From: Octopus sinensis | Lineage: Eukaryota | Assembly (NCBI RefSeq): GCF_006345805.1 | Contig: NC_043009.1 | Location: forward strand, 12,152,001-12,216,000 | DNA: 64,000 bases | Direction of reading: 5' to 3' | In this document: positions 11,570-25,153 of the stretch, piece after piece | How positions within the stretch are numbered: position 1 is the stretch's first letter | Layout of the letters: the number at the start of each line of letters is the position of its first letter | Position numbers and translations under genes: made by a program | Notes under the pieces: model-generated | Seen by the model: the letters and a program-made list of their open reading frames with translations, nothing else | Databases searched by the model: none | What the model was told of the DNA's origin: nothing

Positions 11570-13400
11570 ACCACGAGGAGTAAAACGAGAGGAAAACGAT
11601 TGTTCTACTACCATATTTGAAAGAAAGATTGGACTGTAGTGAGAACCCCATCACGGCAGATGATATATAGTTGGAGGTACATAAGTTGAGCCAGGATCTA
11701 TGTTACGAGTTCCATGTAAACTTCCCAAACAAGCTCTTCTTCACATCTAGAGATGTATTTATTTGAAATGGCAGTAAACTCGAAGCTGTTTAAGAGGGGA
11801 GTTCTATTGCCGCTGAGGAAGAATGGGGACAAGGAGGACATCAACATTTTCTAGTCAACGCAGAATCAGACTTTAATACTCTAATGAGATTAGGGGTTGT
11901 CGTTGGGATGGCGCAGAAGTGTACGACCCTCATCAAATTCCAATTTGATTCGCATACAAAGTGTATACTTCTTCCATGTAGCCAATATTGTAAACATTCA
12001 ACACCATCCTTCTCCTGATGCGATTTAGATTATCTGATGTGGTTTGTACACGGAAGAGAGGATGGTTAACAAATTTTATTTCGACGAAGCATCGATCCAC
12101 TTGGATGAATCTAAAGGTTTGACCCCTAATTCTCGAAAGGTATCCTCAGTGCTCGTTTGCGTCCCGTCTGCAATTCTACCAAGAAACTAAATAGCCAGTT
12201 ATTAGAACAGGTTTCGAACACAAGCTCAATCCACAAAAGTTGTTCTCCCTCATCACTTGTATACATTTTGGGGTGTGAGCAGTGGCTACGTAAGCCAGGT
12301 GTTGAGCAGTATCTCGCTCAAACTGCAGACGATCGTATATATAGTCGATATAAAAACTTTGTTATCGGATTTCACATGAATCGTGTACCACAATGAGGAA
12401 ATAAGAGGTGCCGAAAGTATGTAAATCTAGAAAAATTCGATAGTGTTGCAGCTCGGCAACTTGAAATGCAAATCCATGCTGGTCAGAATCATTAATGCAG
12501 AACTAGCTGTCCTGTCAAGATGCTTGTGGGTATAGTTTAATTCAGACTTCCAGAAAGATAGTAACTAGGATGAAGTTACATGCAGGGTGGATATTCTCCC
12601 CAAGAAACTGGATTAGAGGAAGGTATCTGTGAAAGGTTGGGCAGAGGTAACAAATACATAAAATGCCTCCGTTATATATTACCACCTAACTGTCATGTCT
12701 TTCCCCAGTTTTCACAAGATAAATTTAAATGACTGCACTTTCGATTCTTGGAGAAGGAATCTGCTTCATTGGTTAAACTGTTCATCTGCTACCAATTCTC
12801 ACAGCTCAGAGGTTTTGATATAGCGTCGATGATGATGCAGAGTCATTCCGATGAAACGTAGAAATTCCTGCATTGGCAGTGCTATCTATGTGGGCATTTC
12901 CGGTTCAGGATGTGCTCCATTGGCACAGAAATCAAGCTTGTCTGAGGCGCACGCAGGGCAACAAATTTGTTCTTCACACATTCATTCTAACACTAAGTTT
13001 ACTAGATGGAAAGACATGACGACTCTGCCTTTTAGAGGAGAAGAATTGTACTCAGCGACTGCTGTATTTAAGCCTTCCACGTTCTCTTCGGCTGCATGTA
13101 CAGGCATACAAGGTTTCAGTTTTTAAGCATTTGCACACCTTCAGTACCCTTAACGGTTTTAAGAGAAAACTAATAGAAAACGTCAAATATTTACGCCAAA
13201 TATTGGAGGTGTCCACAGCAAGAGGTGAGTTACTTCTCAGTAGTTCGCTTTACCATCTTACATGCCTCCATCACTTCGTGACGGTCTTCCTCCATCCGAG
13301 CACTAAAAGTTGAAAGGCCAACCTTAGACCTTGATGAGCTAGCTATTTGGAGGATAAAGAATTCAGCCGTAATTCATGAAGAAGCGCTGTGATTCTTTGC
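11570..13400 (+). pseudogene. Heavily decayed L1/Tx1-like ORF2 (reverse transcriptase)
   Basis: RGVLLPLRKNGDKEDINIF resembles the RT N-terminal G-x-LL-x-K...N(F/W)RPI block. SIHKSCSPSSLVYILGCEQWLRK resembles SVRQGCPLSPLLYVLALEPLLRK. AQTADD resembles AYADD. Many stops. Confidence 0.7.
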
Positions 13401-14639
13401 ATTCCTCGTTCCATAGCTATATTCTATTCTTTGAAATGCAGAGTTGTTGGCTGTTACACTTTTTCTTTAATTTGTGATATTTTTTAAGGGACTGGATTTT
13501 TGAAAACATTTTATTGCGTCTTAATTTTTGATAAAATGAAGTCTTAGAATATTAAATTCCAGTCTTAATGTTATGGGTGGTACTGAAAATGTATTAATGA
13601 CACGGATTAGACTTTTGCTATTTAAAATTTTTGAAAAAACCTTATCTCGACTAAAAGATTAATTCGTTATTCCTAGTTGCCAAGCTTTCGCATAAGCACA
13701 AAATCTGCCTTCGTTTATACCAAAATAAGTATAATGTATACCAAATGATATCAATAAAGGACTTTATAAATAAATATTTGTTCCCACTTAAACGTGGATG
13801 TTCTGATGGAGCAAACTATACTGCGGTAGGTACCATAAGAGAAACTCTCATATTGGTTTTCTTTGGTGTAAAATGCACGCTTGTTTAAATCGGTAGCGGG
13901 GAGATAAAACCGTGCCACTTCCAGCGCCAAGGCCACCGGACCTCGTGATTTCGACCTTTCTTGGTCTTGTCAATGATGGGCGTTCGACCGCTCATTTCCT
14001 GCCAGTAATATATAAAGTAACAGTGCCAAAGCTGACGCTGGTGTTGCGATTAACCAGTGAGCATTATAAATAAAAGTATGTATGACATGCAATCGCAAAC
14101 AGGGATATGCACAGCGGGTCAAAAAATATAATTAAGTCAAAATATTTCGAAACGAAGAAGAAAAATTAAATCGAGAAATGAAATATACGAGAGAACATCA
14201 AAATGTACAAAAATATACGGATCATGCGTTCTTGTAAATAAACCGGAACGCGAAATGGGTGTAAATAGGAGACAGTAATCTTGATTAATGTGAAAACGAC
14301 CAGAGTAAAGGTTAAATCTACTTAATAAAAGGGAAAACTAATTAAAAATCAAATAAGGTAATAGAAAGATTTAAGCTCACATGAACTTCCGGATTAAACC
14401 ATTTAATAGCATGGAAGAGTGTTGTAGTTCGTTTCAAGCATTGCCGGATTTGCTGAAAATCGTTTTGTTGTAAACATTAACTATAAATCAATAACAATAA
14501 CAAAAACGTTGAAATGCTGCTTTTGAAATATCTGATTGCTCCGGCTATTTCGAATTAAAATCATTTTCAAAGCTTTAAAGGACACGATGACAAAGTAGAT
14601 ATATCTCCAGGGTGCGGAACATCAACGAAATAAACACAC

Positions 14640-14686
14640 AATTTCTCTCTCTCCTTCTCTCTCTCTCACTCACTCTCTCTCCACAC

Positions 14687-14736
<50 letters not shown>

Positions 14737-14800
14737 TATATATATAATATATATATATATAATATATATATATATAATTATATATACACATACATGATAT
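14640..14800. repeat. (CT)n(CA)n(TA)n microsatellite
   Basis: Directly visible. Confidence 0.95.
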
Positions 14801-14959
14801 ACATATATTGTTCTTTAAAAAATTTGAAATAGAGTTTTAACTCGAAATATTGGTCGAATTAAATATTCGTCATTGCTATTTTTTAATATTTTTAATATTC
14901 TATCAGCATCACTATTACCTTCCATAACACACCAATTTTCCTTAATGATATGTAGTTAA

Positions 14960-15190
14960 GACGGCGAGCTGGCAGAATCGTTAGCACGCCGGGCGAAATG
15001 CTGAGCAGTATTTAGTCTGCCGTTACGTTCTGTGTTCAAATTCCGCCGAGGTCGACTTTGCCTTTCATCCTTTCAGAGTCGATTAAATAAGTACCAGTTA
15101 CGCACTGGGGTCGATATACTCGACTTAATCCGTTTGTCTGTCCTTGTTTGTCCTCTCTGTGTTTAGCCCCTTGTGGGTAGTAAAGAAATA
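14960..15190 (+). mobile_element. Full-length SINE-A monomer with 13-bp TSD
   Basis: gatatgtagttaa at 14947-14959 and 15191-15203. This fixes the element's 3' end as ...gtagtaaagaaata. Confidence 0.96.
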
Positions 15191-15364
15191 GATATGTAGT
15201 TAAACTTTTTAATACATATTATTCGCTGATTAGCAGAATATGTGCCATCATAGAAGAAGAAAGGGAATACTGTACTTATATAAACAACAAGATAATGGGA
15301 GCTGAAACGAGCAACTGCAGATCTATTAGTTATTTATTGTTAATGTAGAAAGTGCTGGTTTGAA

Positions 15365-15580
15365 GCACGAGGCTTAGTAGGGTGTTGGGCTCATGATCGT
15401 AAGATTATGGTTTCGATTCCCCAGCCGGGCGATGGGTTGTGTTCTTGAGCAAAACACTTTATTTCATGTTGCTCCACGAGTAATCCTGCGACGGACCGGC
15501 ATCCCGTCCTGGTGAGGAATATATATACGCCATGGAAAGCGGTCTTACGAGTCTATATGAGTTGGGGAGGAACTTTTACA
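15365..15580 (+). mobile_element. SINE-D (CORE-like centre, tail type 1), degenerate
   Basis: ggtttcgattcc B-box and gttcttgagcaaaacact...gttgctcc core; similar to 30940-31170. Confidence 0.75.
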
Positions 15581-17377
15581 AGGAACTAACAGAAGTGACA
15601 GATAGTAAAATGTAAATTTTGAAAAATTGAAAATCAGCAAAACCATCAAAGATATCAAGAGATACAATAAATTGATGGAAAGGAAAAACTTAGCAATACA
15701 ATAGATCGACTAACGAAAAGTCAGCACATGGTAGAATTATCTATAACAGATTCTAAAGTGCTGTGAATAATTGCTTCTGATTTAGGCACAAGGTCAACAG
15801 ATTTTAGGGCAGGATTTAGTTGATATCATCAGTCCCCAGTACTTGATTAGTACTTGATGTTATAAACTCAGAAAGGATGAAATTGGCCTCAGCATCATTT
15901 GAACTAGAAACGTATAGAACCGAAACAAATGATTAAAATAATGACATCATTGGATAGAGAACGTTGTTGAGACAACTATTAGTGAGTTTAGTTGGAATAC
16001 TGACATGCAAACAAGAGCTACTCTTTTAAGTTAAAATAAGAAAAAGAAAGATGATTTTCCAAAAAAGATTCAATATTTGGTTTTGTTGGTAATGAATAGA
16101 TAAAAACACTAGCGTAGGTACCTTTTGTATAAATCTTATAAAGTACTAATGTCCATAAATACCCTCAGAACTACACCAAAAAGTGAAAAGGATAAAGAAT
16201 GTTAGAACTTTCGTCAGAGAAACTAGCAGACAGTGTGGCATTGAGAGAAATGAAATGAATAAATAAATAGATAAAATAAAGTAAATAAGGTAAAGTCTGT
16301 TGGAATTGCATTTTTAGATAACAAAGTAATACAAGGAGAACGAAATACATAGCTACAGGAGTGTTCTGGACGATTATGGAATGAAACAGAAAGAACTAAA
16401 AGATAAAGTCCCAAAAATATAAACAGGGAGTCAGACGATCTTACAAAGAAAACTAGTTGGGGAAAAAGAGCCAACACCTGGTAAATACTAAATCGGAGAT
16501 ATCCTTTAGTGTTTTTTAGTGAGCGAAAAGCGAAGCGTGATGAAATGAATAGGCACACCAAATCAATGTTAGCAACAAACCCACGATAGAAGTTTTCGTA
16601 GACATTTTAACGAAAACAGACAAATAAATAAATAAATAAATAAATAAATAAAAGCAGAATGCTACTTATTTTAACTTTTATTACGCTAGAGTATTATTGA
16701 AGATAACATGGACCGATTATATATATAAAAAAGGACTCCAATGTAATTTCTCATTCCTATCTCTATAAAAGAAATAGAGAATTCAAGATAGGTGCTTGGA
16801 AAGAGTTTGAGAGGAGGAAAATAAAATAAAGCTATTTTGCGAAGAGTTAGGAAATTATGCTCAATAGGAAAGTAAGTCATAATGGTTGCCTGCGCCATTT
16901 CAATTTTGTGATATGCAAGATAATACTGCAGCCAAGAATGCCAAAAAATACGCATAGTATTGAAATGGGCAGTATAAAGTAAAGTACATTCTATTTACGG
17001 ATGACTTTAAGATGTATATTACGGAGATGAAATAGATTTTTTTAGTACACACAGTCGAGAATATTTTAGTACAAATACTGAGTTAGAAGTCGGGATAGAA
17101 AAACAACAAAAATGAACGTGACGTTTTAGCGATTTAATAATGAAAACAGGACGGAGAGAGGGAAGTAATTGAAGACAGTTACTTTACAAAGGAAACAGGC
17201 CGATAGAGAAGTTTACAAATAATTAGATTCGGCAGTGCTGGATAAGACTTAGGAAACAGTTAAGGACTTCTTGAAAATAGTAATTCGGAAAAATTTAAAT
17301 TAGTGCATAAATCTTTGATCAAGTTGCAAAGATAAAGCTAAACAATAACATATTGGTGATGACTATTTTGACATATT

Positions 17378-17689
17378 GTTGTTGTTGTTTGTTCCTTCTC
17401 GAGCCACGCCTGGCTCATAGGGTCCGGTTTCCCGGTTTCCTTGGCGTATAAGTTCGCCACCTGGACGGGACGCCGGTCCGTCGCAGGTGAGCTGCAAGAT
17501 GCAGGAGGAAAGAGTGAAAGAAAGTTGTAGCGAAAGAGTCAGCAGAAGTTTCGCCATTACTTTCTGCCGGACCTGCGTGGAGAATAGGTGTTTCGCTCAT
17601 AAACACACACATCACCCGGTCTGATATTCGAATCCGCGATTCCTCGACCGCAAGTCCGCTGCTCTAACCACTAGGCCATGTGGCTTCAC
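17378..17689 (-). mobile_element. SINE-C (tail type 1) with (AAC)n tail
   Basis: Reverse complement of the family seen at 1-270. Confidence 0.85.
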
Positions 17690-17704
17690 ATTTTGAGATA
17701 TTAT

Positions 17705-17920
17705 TGGTTTCAGATTTTGTGTCAAGGCCATCAATTTCGGGTGAGGGGGTAAGTCGATTACATCGACCCCAGTTCTCAACTGGAACTTATTCTATCGACC
17801 CCGTGAGGATGAAAAGCAAAGTTGCTCTCGGCAGAAATTGAACTCAGAACGTGAAGATGGACGAAATGTTGCTAAGCATCACGTCCAGCGTGCTTACGAT
17901 TCTGCCAGCTCACCGCCTCT
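17705..17920 (-). mobile_element. Older SINE-A copy
   Basis: gattctgccagctcaccgcc head, gaactcag B-box, gatgaaaagcaaagt centre. Confidence 0.85.
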
Positions 17921-17985
17921 AATTTAACATGTATTAAACTACCAAAGGGTAAAAAGTTTGTTTTGATTAAAGAACTCGGAAAATA

Positions 17986-18528
17986 TCGGGTTGTCCGGAA
18001 AGTTCGTGCCGATTTATAGTAGCTTACCTTTCGATTTAATTAAGAACATGGTTGAATCCATAAAATGGGATTTTACTACACCTCCATTTAGAGCACAGTT
18101 TTCGTGGAAGAAGGTTTATGTTCCTATAACCTGCGTTAATTTTGTAACCCTTTAAAATGGAAGATAAGAAAGTTCTTTTTCGGCACTTGATGCTTTGGGA
18201 AACAGACAAAAATGGAGGAGCTCGACTGCGATGTGTTACCCCACCCTCCATATTCACCTTCGGATTTCTACTTATTCAGGTCTCTGAAGAATAGTCTTAA
18301 TGGTAAAAATTTCAATTCCTTGGATGATGTAAAAAGATACCTTGATGAATTATTTACCTTGAAACAACCTCAATTCTAGGAAGATGGGTATTTTCAAGTT
18401 AAAGGAAAGATGGAGACGCATTGTGTAACAAAGTGGTTCATATTTGGTTGATTACAAATGTAATGGCAAGTATTTATTGACCTTTTTCCTTCTGTTAAAA
18501 ACCGGCACGAACTTTCCGGACAACCCAA
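17986..18528 (+). mobile_element. Internally deleted mariner (about 540 bp) with TIRs and TA TSD
   Basis: TIR t(c/t)gggttgtccggaaagttcgtgccg at both ends with TA flanks (17984-85, 18529-30). Internal LPHPPYSPSDFYLFRSLKNSLNGKNF...WRRIV. Confidence 0.95.
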
Positions 18529-20832
18529 TAACATCTATATTTTAGTAGGATAAATACATAGAAAAGAAGAAGCGCTTTAATAAGTTCTGAAGAACCTTAT
18601 AGAAGATAAAAGCAAGGTAAACGCGTCTGCGTATGTAAGTAACACTGCTAGTACTGTGCTGGAAGAAATAGTAAACTGGGAATAGCTGAAACTGGAGAAT
18701 ATACGACACCAGGAAAATTTAAGGGATGTTATCTTGAGAAAAATACTGTAAAGCCAAGATTTTGGGCAAGAAAATAAAATGCATGGGCAGGTTATTAGGG
18801 AAATGAATAAATATGTAGATAATTCCCTGTCACGGATAAGAAGTCCTGATCAAAAGCTTGAGTCTCAGCTTTATTCATCGCTTGGCACTTATAAGAATCT
18901 TTATGAGAAACGAATTAGTGGTTGTGAAGCACAGTTGATAAATAGATGCAGTAATTAGCGCAGAGCATCCACTGGAAATTATGTGGAAAATATATATTAG
19001 AAAAAACACAGGAATTGTACGATATCCAACCTCTCGGTATAATCATCTTTCGTTACCAGAGTTAGAAACCAGATATCGTTGTAGCGAATAATACAGTACA
19101 GAAATAGGAAATAATTGGTAATGAACTTCCGAGACAGACTGGGAAGTAAGAAAAACGAATAAGCGGAGACATAGCAAGATTTTAAACATGTTTCCAAATT
19201 GGTGGCTCATAAAGCGAAGCTACATATGATATGAATAATGGAGAGATATTTTTCTATAATCCCTAATAGTCAAATGATTAACGAAAACTGGAGTAAAAAT
19301 TAGAACAGAATACCTTCCCAAAACTATCTTATTAGGAACAGCTGAGGTATTAGGGAAAATGTGAGTGGCCTAGATACACAAGTACAGTGTATAGATATGT
19401 GTCTGTAATTTACATCTAATGGCAGCAAACACCGATGTAACAGATTTAAGGAGCAAACTAACTTGCCTTGGTTGATGTGAGCTCCCGTTACTACCCCATG
19501 TTCCTTCAGTGCGGAGCGATCGACTTGATTTCTTTGGTGTTTGGTATGCTTTGCGGACTGAGTTTGTAATTGTAAACTATTCTAATGGCTGGATGGTTAC
19601 TGATCTTCGCCACTTGGGAGATTAACTATATGTTGAATCAATTGAATCTTTCAAAGCAATCAAAATAAATACCTCAATCTCATTTGAGTGGCCATTTATA
19701 TCTTTCAAATTGCTTTTTACACAGCCATTCACTACCAGTCATATCGCAGGTGCTGTTATCAGATTTTCATTGCTATCCACTATTTCTGACGAGTCCCACC
19801 ACCGCAAACCGTCGAGGCAAGCACTGAGGTTCACCGTCTTTGGTCCACCTTCCGCCGATTCAGTCGAGATAATTGGTATTATAGAAGCGCAAACATTGAA
19901 TGGCACATGTCTGGTATGCTATTCAAACTCAATTGGAGCTTTGTTGCCGCATCGCGTTTCTGCCCACACTACATAGGAACTGTTAACCCGGTACAGTTTA
20001 ACCAAGTCCAAGTTGGCGTATTTGGAAAATCTGGTAGTTTCCTGTCAGACACAACTCTTGAGCAAGTTTGTGAGGCATTTACTCTCCTTCCCGAAAGCAT
20101 TTACCGACACAATCTCAGTCTGTGACTAAGAAACCATTCTCATTACCATGAATGATCTTAAATTTTTGAAGAAATATTTCTCACATGCTTCAACCGAAAT
20201 ATAAATGATACTCATCAGAGCTAATTACTACGTTGTGAAATTATATACTTCGTAAATATAACGTAAATATATTTTGGAGCAAACACGAAATTTCGAGAAG
20301 TAGTTTGCAGCCTTCGAACCTTCTTGAAATGTTGGTTCCTAATGGCTATTTCTGGTTCTCCCTCAGTGGTAGCTGCTTGTTCAATTCGTAAAAGAGCTAA
20401 ATCAATCAACCAGGTACTTTCAATATTTGAAGTAAATGCACAAAATATATTATACGTTTCTACCAGTAACTTTCGATGTGTTGTCAATGGGGTTATACGT
20501 CAACTAGCTTCCAAACTCAGTCAAATCCAGCGAAAGGATCACACAATTGTATTTTATAAACGACAGACTATGCTGATGATCTTGCAGATGTTTACGTATC
20601 CATATACGTAAATATTAACAAGTGAAACTAATTAGTACATAGGTAATAGTTTTTTTATTTCGTATATTTTCATTTGTCTTGCTTATTTTTACACTTTGTT
20701 TTTTTTTGCTGAGTTTTTTCTTGCGAACACATTCTTCGTGGAAAATAGCGATTTTGATGTCTATATCTAGCATATAGACTGTCCACTTTTAGTGGTCAGT
20801 CCTATAAATTTTGTATGTATATATATATTTAT

Positions 20833-21134
20833 ATATTGTATTTCGGGATGGTCTTTTTTTGCCTAATAAACGCATGCGCTATATATTTTTTCAACACTCA
20901 TTTATTACTGTTCTCATTTAATTATTTTAACTCATGAACAGAATGTAGTAAGTGGAGCAAGAACACACACGAAAACGAAAGTGTCGCTGAAGAGGTCTCA
21001 GAGGCGTGACGAAAGAATTCTGACAATGGTCATGAGTTAAAATAATAAAATAAGAAGAGTAATAAATGAGTGAAGAAAAAATATATAGTGCGTGTGTTTA
21101 TTAGGAAAAAAATGACCATCTCGAAATACAATAT
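20833..21134. repeat. Palindromic element with about 100-bp imperfect inverted arms
   Basis: atattgtatttcgggatggtc...ttaactcatga (20833-20938) is the reverse complement of tcatgagttaa...gaccatctcgaaatacaatat (about 21030-21134). Confidence 0.85.
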
Positions 21135-21206
21135 CTGTTTCAACACACAATTTCACATCAGGAATCTTGCAAAACGAATTCATAAACACACACACACATA
21201 CTTATA

Positions 21207-21329
21207 TACGTAAAAATCGAACGAGGAAATGAGTGCTCAACACCGCATTGATGGATATATAATTTCTTTATTTGTGAATTATTCACCAATGTGGTATTGA
21301 GCACTATCTCATCGTCCGAAATTTACGTA
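21207..21329. repeat. Short hairpin/palindrome (46-bp arms, about 80% identity)
   Basis: tacgtaaaaatcgaacgagg...gcattgatg pairs with caccaatgtgg...cgaaatttacgta. Confidence 0.85.
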
Positions 21330-21414
21330 TCAAAGGTTCCGACGCCAAAAAACACCGGGCAAGCACTGAAAACATACCATGGAAAAATATGAAATAATGA
21401 CATCACTGAAATAC

Positions 21415-21835
<421 letters not shown>

Positions 21836-21840
<5 letters not shown>

Positions 21841-22850
21841 CATTAATGACATCATCAAGCACAGCAACATAAAAATTTTTGCAGATGATTCCAAGCTACA
21901 GAAGGTCATAAATGAGGCGAGTGACCGGACATGCCTTCAGTCAGATCTCCTGGCTGTTATCCAATGGGCAGAAAAAAACAATATGCTGCTGAACGAGGAT
22001 AAATTTGAGTTAATCCACTTTGGAAAAGAGGATGCCCTGAAACTCCCATACTCCCTTCCTTCAGGTGAAACTCTCGCGGCGTCCAACAACATCAGAGACT
22101 TGGGAGTAATTGTGGACAACAACATAAGCTGGACCACTCATATAAACACCAAAGTTGACATGGCCCGCAGAATGTGTTCCTGGATTCTCAGAACTTTCCA
22201 GTCGAGAGATATCCACACCATTATCCTTCTCTTCTCCACTTTTGCCCGACCCCACCTTGAATACTGTTGTCCACTGTGGTCTCCTCACACAATACAAGGT
22301 ATCATAAAAGTTGAAGCACCTCAAAGGGCAATCACAAAAAAGATAGATGGCATGACAGGCCTCGACTATTGGGGTCGATTAGAAAAGCTAAAACTTTATT
22401 CTCTCCAACGTCGTCGTGAGCGCTACATCATCTGCATGATGTGGAAAATATTCCATCAGCATTGCCCAAATGATGTTGGCATCACCTTTAAGGTACATCC
22501 AAGGCTTGAGCCCCGTGCCATCCGCCCAAAACAAAAATCGCACTCTCATCTCATAACAACAATACGGCACAATTATTTCACCTCAATTGGCCCCGCTCTC
22601 TTTAACATTACACCAAAACACATTAAAACAGAAACTGACCCTATAGGGTTCAAGAAGTCTTTGGACAGATTCCTTCAAGAAATCCCGGATAAACCCCCTA
22701 CACCCGGATATGTCTCTGTAAACAATAACTCTCTACTTGAGTGGGCCATAGTGCCCAAATTCTGACTTGAAAGACTTCACCAGGTGGTGCTATTAAGTTG
22801 GACATGGCCTGGGCCAATAATGGCCGAAACCTATCAAGTATCAAAGTACA
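21836..22850 (+). mobile_element. 5'-truncated CR1/L2-like LINE; RT C-terminal frame (about 310 codons) unbroken to the stop at 22765
   Basis: [50 protein letters not shown]. Short 3' UTR ending atcaagtatcaaagta; (TA)n on both sides. Confidence 0.93.
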
Positions 22851-22872
22851 TATATATATGTATATATATATA

Positions 22873-22917
<45 letters not shown>

Positions 22918-23255
22918 CTTGTTTCAGTCATTGGACAGCAGTCATGCTGAGGGACCCTCTTGACAGGTTTTACCTGAAAACAAATTGATTCCAGTACTAA
23001 TTTTTTCATGTTTGGTGCTTATTGCATCATTTTTTTCTTTTTGCTAAACACTTAAATTACAGGGATATAAAGAAAACAACACCGGTGGGTTGACAGACAC
23101 AAAGTCACACATCTACACACATATTACCAATAAAACATATCGTATGTGTGCATGTGTGTTATTTAAACGTCAGGCGCTGCGGTTTATCGTCCGAGAAAAT
23201 TTCTTTTAAAGATGCATAGTCTAAAAAGAAAAGAAAAAAGAAAGAAACACAATAT

Positions 23256-23652
23256 AGGCGCAGGAGTGGCTGTGTGGTAAGTAGCTTGTTTATCAACCAC
23301 CTGGTTCCGGGTTCAGTCCCACTGCGTGGCACCTTGGGCAAGTGTCTTCTATAGCCTCGGGCCGACCAAAGCCTTGTGAGTGGATTTGGTAGACGGAAAC
23401 TGAAAAAAGCCCGTCGTATATGTATGTATATATATATGCGTGTGTGTGTTTGTGTGTCTGTGTTTGTCCCCCTAGCATTGCTTGACAACCGATGCTGGTG
23501 TGTTTATGACCCCGTTACTTAGCGGTTCGGCAAAAGAGACCGATAGAATAAGTACTGGGCTTACAAAAGAATAAGTCCCGGGGTCTTGTTGCTCGAGTAA
23601 AGGCGGTGCTCCAGCATGGCCGCAGTCAAATGACTGAAACAAGTAAAAGAGT
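23256..23652 (+). mobile_element. SINE-B full length (tRNA head, CORE-like centre, internal (TA)n(TG)n, tail)
   Basis: ggcgcaggagtggctgtgtggtaag A-box, gggttcagtccc B-box, ccttgggcaag core, tail gactgaaacaagtaaaagag. Confidence 0.93.
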
Positions 23653-23659
23653 AATATAC

Positions 23660-23960
23660 TTCAGAGTCAGGCGAAATAGTATCGCTTCAGATGCTAACAC
23701 GTGAGCGGTAGGTACGTATTTAGCTCTAACTGCAGCTTAACAATGCCGTGAGTTCGTGTCGCTTCTGAGACCAAATCGAAATCTCCGGCTGGATTATTTT
23801 CCGGCTCTTTACATTTTGAGATCAAATACCACCGAGGTATTTGTCTTTCATTCTTGAGCGGTCGATAAAAGGAAGTACTAATGTAGTACTGGGGTTGATG
23901 GTATGGACTAAACCTCTCCCATGAAAATTATTGTTTAGTGCCAAAATTTGAAACCATTAT
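23660..23960 (+). mobile_element. Degenerate SINE-A
   Basis: Residual gagatcaaataccaccgagg, gtctttcattc, gtcgataaaa and gtgccaaaatttgaaacc. Confidence 0.6.
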
Positions 23961-24095
23961 TATTCTTATCATTGTTAAAGTTTATATGGACGGTAGACTT
24001 GTTTCGCAATGTCATCATTTTTCAAAATAAATGTAAAATATATTTAGAGTAATTTATACGCAAAAAGAAAAACAAAAGCAACTATTAGCAACATA

Positions 24096-24470
24096 GGCGC
24101 AGGAGTGGCTGTGTGGTAAGTAGCTTGCTAACCAACCACATGGTTCCGGGTTCAGTCCTACTGCGTGGCATCTTGGGCAAGTGTCTTCTGCTATAGCCCC
24201 GGGCCGACCAATGCCTTGTGAGTGGATTTGGTAGACGGAAACTGAAAGAAGCCTGTCGTATATATATAAGTGTGTGTGTATATTTTTGTGTGTCTGTGTT
24301 TGTCTCCCTAACATTGCTTGACAACCGATGCTGGTGTGTTTACGTCCCCGTCACTTAAGTAAGTACTGGGCTTACAAAGAATAAGTCCCGGGGTCGATTT
24401 GCTCGACTGAAGGCGGTGCTCCAGCATGGCCGCAGTGAAATGACTGAAACAGGTAAAAGAGTAAAGAGAG
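24096..24470 (+). mobile_element. SINE-B with internal deletion
   Basis: Same family as 23256-23652; the gcggttcggcaaaagagaccgataga segment is missing. Confidence 0.92.
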
Positions 24471-24675
24471 AGTATTGAAGAACACAATAAAACATATTTG
24501 GAGAAGGAAGCGCAGAAAAGATGGGCAGTGGAAATAAGATGAGAGGGAAAGATACAGCATAAAAGAGGGATTAAAAGAAAATAGAAGAGGAGAGGACGCA
24601 ATAAGAACGGGAGAAGAAAAGGGGAGAAATAAAGGGCAGAGTTATTTAGAAGTTGGATTAAATTATCTGTTACAT

Positions 24676-25153
<478 letters not shown>

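Larger units (their letters stand above)
15930..19380 (+). pseudogene. Old R4/Dong-type (REL-encoding) LINE, decayed and interrupted by three younger insertions
   Basis: ILFTDDFKMY at 16988-17017 resembles LLYMDDLKLY. ...KPDIVVANN at about 19065 resembles the REL PD motif. KTILLGTAEVL at about 19320 resembles the C-terminal QKIALLGTAHIL of the 53232-56063 ORF. The 5' boundary is approximate. Confidence 0.72.

Noticed and set aside
14960-15050. tRNA-like A-box/B-box segments (here and in all SINE heads) as tRNA genes
   Set aside because: They do not fold into full cloverleaves, continue into SINE bodies and tails, and some have TSDs.
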